A DNA stretch of 63,533 bases, filler included, from Octopus bimaculoides (lineage: Eukaryota), in NCBI RefSeq assembly GCF_001194135.2. It is 5 parts of 5 records of this genome, joined end to end, with 100 filler letters (N's around TTAATTAATTAA, not from the genome) between each part and the next. Parts side by side here need not be neighbours in the genome. Positions count along the whole stretch, not along the records: positions 61,157 to 63,533 come from NC_068981.1; 4 more parts are not named here. The stretch is one strand, 5' to 3'. How positions within the stretch are numbered: the stretch's first letter is position 1; each line of letters opens with the position of its first letter. Both the position numbers and the translations under genes were made by a program. Shown here piece after piece: positions 62,056 to 63,533 of the stretch. The notes beneath the pieces were generated by a model, which saw nothing but the letters and a program-made list of their open reading frames with translations, searched no databases and was not told where the DNA came from.

Positions 62056-63359
62056 AAATATAACTTAACTTGAATCACAACACCATCATTCAACAAGTAG
62101 CGCCCAACGAGGAACAATTTAATATAATGAGTAGTTTCGAAAGAAAAAAGAATATGTTTGCAGGCAATATTTTAGCTGAACAGTGAGCACATTATATGAC
62201 AGAGGGAGAGAGAAAAGGGGATAAGAGAAAATACAAGGCAAACTAGTATTATGTTCATTAACCAGTAGCTTTCTTTAGGCGTCTTATCGTTGAGAAAGAG
62301 ATCCTGGAACAATATTCCCTATTGAAATCTGTGAGACAATCGGAACAAAATAAATTTACAATATCAAAAAGAATTCAAATAAAAACAGAAAAAAATTAAT
62401 TTAACAAAATTCAGATTCATTTCACACCTAAAGGCAATAGCATTCGGCCAAGATATAAAATGAGCTGTTGTTGGAGTTGTCTTCCTTTAAAAAGAAAAAA
62501 AGAAGGGGAAGCATTATTGGTTAAATATCAGTAATTATGGGAAAACAAATTAACTAAATATTTCTTTCATAGAATATTAAGACACCCTATGAATAATGAC
62601 GATTCCCCGAAGAAAATATCATCATTTTGAATTTGTGAATCAATATTTAGGAGAGGCACAAACATGAATAATTTTCAATGTTATTTGACAACACATATAA
62701 AATCTTAAATCCTTAGGCCATTGGCCTACGGTTCAGATTTTAACACTGTTTTAAATATGAAAAGATGTATTTAGAAAGTTTAATGCAAATGGAAAATAAA
62801 TTTAATCTGCAAAAATAAAAAAAAATGTTAAATGAAATGAATTACAATAAGCAGTGAGAATAGATTTTAATGTGATGCAATGATGCAGGAGTTATGAGCA
62901 TCTTTAGCTGACAATTGATATCAATTAGCATGAAGCTTGTTTAACATTTTAGAAATAATCCATGGTTTCAAAGTGTTCACAACTATTAATTACTTTAAAG
63001 GAAATAAAAATAAATAAGAGAATATAAACATACCACAGTGTTGCCAATGCATAAAATGCTATATACTGTAAATACTATATATTTTATACAGTAAATACGA
63101 TCGCAGCTGCATGGCTGAAACTTGTAAAAGAGTAAAACGTATAATCAGCACAAGCAAGCTTCCATATTTTGCCTGGCCATCGTGCTAGCTCAATGGTCAT
63201 GCAAAATAGACGAGTGGTAACGGTTTCTTCGTATAGCTGATGCTTTATCGTTATCTTTAGGTATCAGTGTGGTTTGCAATGGTTCACATTCTTCGTTTGC
63301 TCTCAAAACGTGCATCTAGATTGGCTGCACACTGTATATCATAATAATATTAATAATGA

Positions 63360-63363
63360 TGAC

Positions 63364-63440
<77 letters not shown>

Positions 63441-63456
63441 TAATAATAATAATAAT
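63360..63456. repeat. (AAT)n microsatellite
   Basis: Directly visible. Confidence 0.97.
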
Positions 63457-63533
63457 CTGAAAAACTCTGAGGACTGGATGCTAAAACTTGTCTCAAAACA
63501 TGAAAGCAAGAAAGCATCTTACTCAGTAACAAA
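63457..63533 (+). mobile_element. Probable 5'-truncation junction of an R4/Dong-like LINE running off the window
   Basis: LKNSEDWMLKLVSKHESKKASYSVT begins right after (AAT)n and resembles the post-RT segment seen at 13000-13130 (YLDQSKESLLVTVRNE). Confidence 0.5.

Overview
Eukaryotic, AT-rich, gappy draft-genome DNA dominated by microsatellites and transposon remnants. The repeat repertoire and (TA)n/(CA)n/(AAT)n load look like an octopod cephalopod; that is an inference from familiarity, not a database result. About a seventh of the window is N. Four identical 100-bp spacers (44 N + TTAATTAATTAA + 44 N) split it into five separately assembled blocks (1-24346, 24447-35220, 35321-48150, 48251-61056, 61157-63533), so adjacency across those points is unproven. 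I find no intact, recognisable host gene; nearly all supplied ORFs are translations of microsatellites or N-runs. What can be supported: five SINE or SINE-like families (labelled A-E here); decayed non-LTR retrotransposons (several R4/Dong-like restriction-like-endonuclease elements, a HERO/NeSL-like element, a CR1/L2-group element and L1/Tx1-like pieces); Tc1/mariner elements and MITEs; and two non-autonomous DNA transposons with GGATCTAT termini and 8-bp TSDs, one carrying telomeric (CCCTAA)n. The most interesting signals are: (i) a repeated pattern of R4/Dong-like LINEs and SINE-A landing in (AAT)n/(ATT)n tracts, often the tails of earlier SINEs, building nested stacks that can be reconstructed from TSDs; (ii) a SINE-A variant whose 3' tail resembles the 3' end of the L1/Tx1-like LINE; (iii) a CpG-depleted block at 24.4-35.2 kb suggesting a methylated gene body; and (iv) a YY1/ETS/E2F-like promoter patch with a candidate minus-strand first exon at 15.4 kb.
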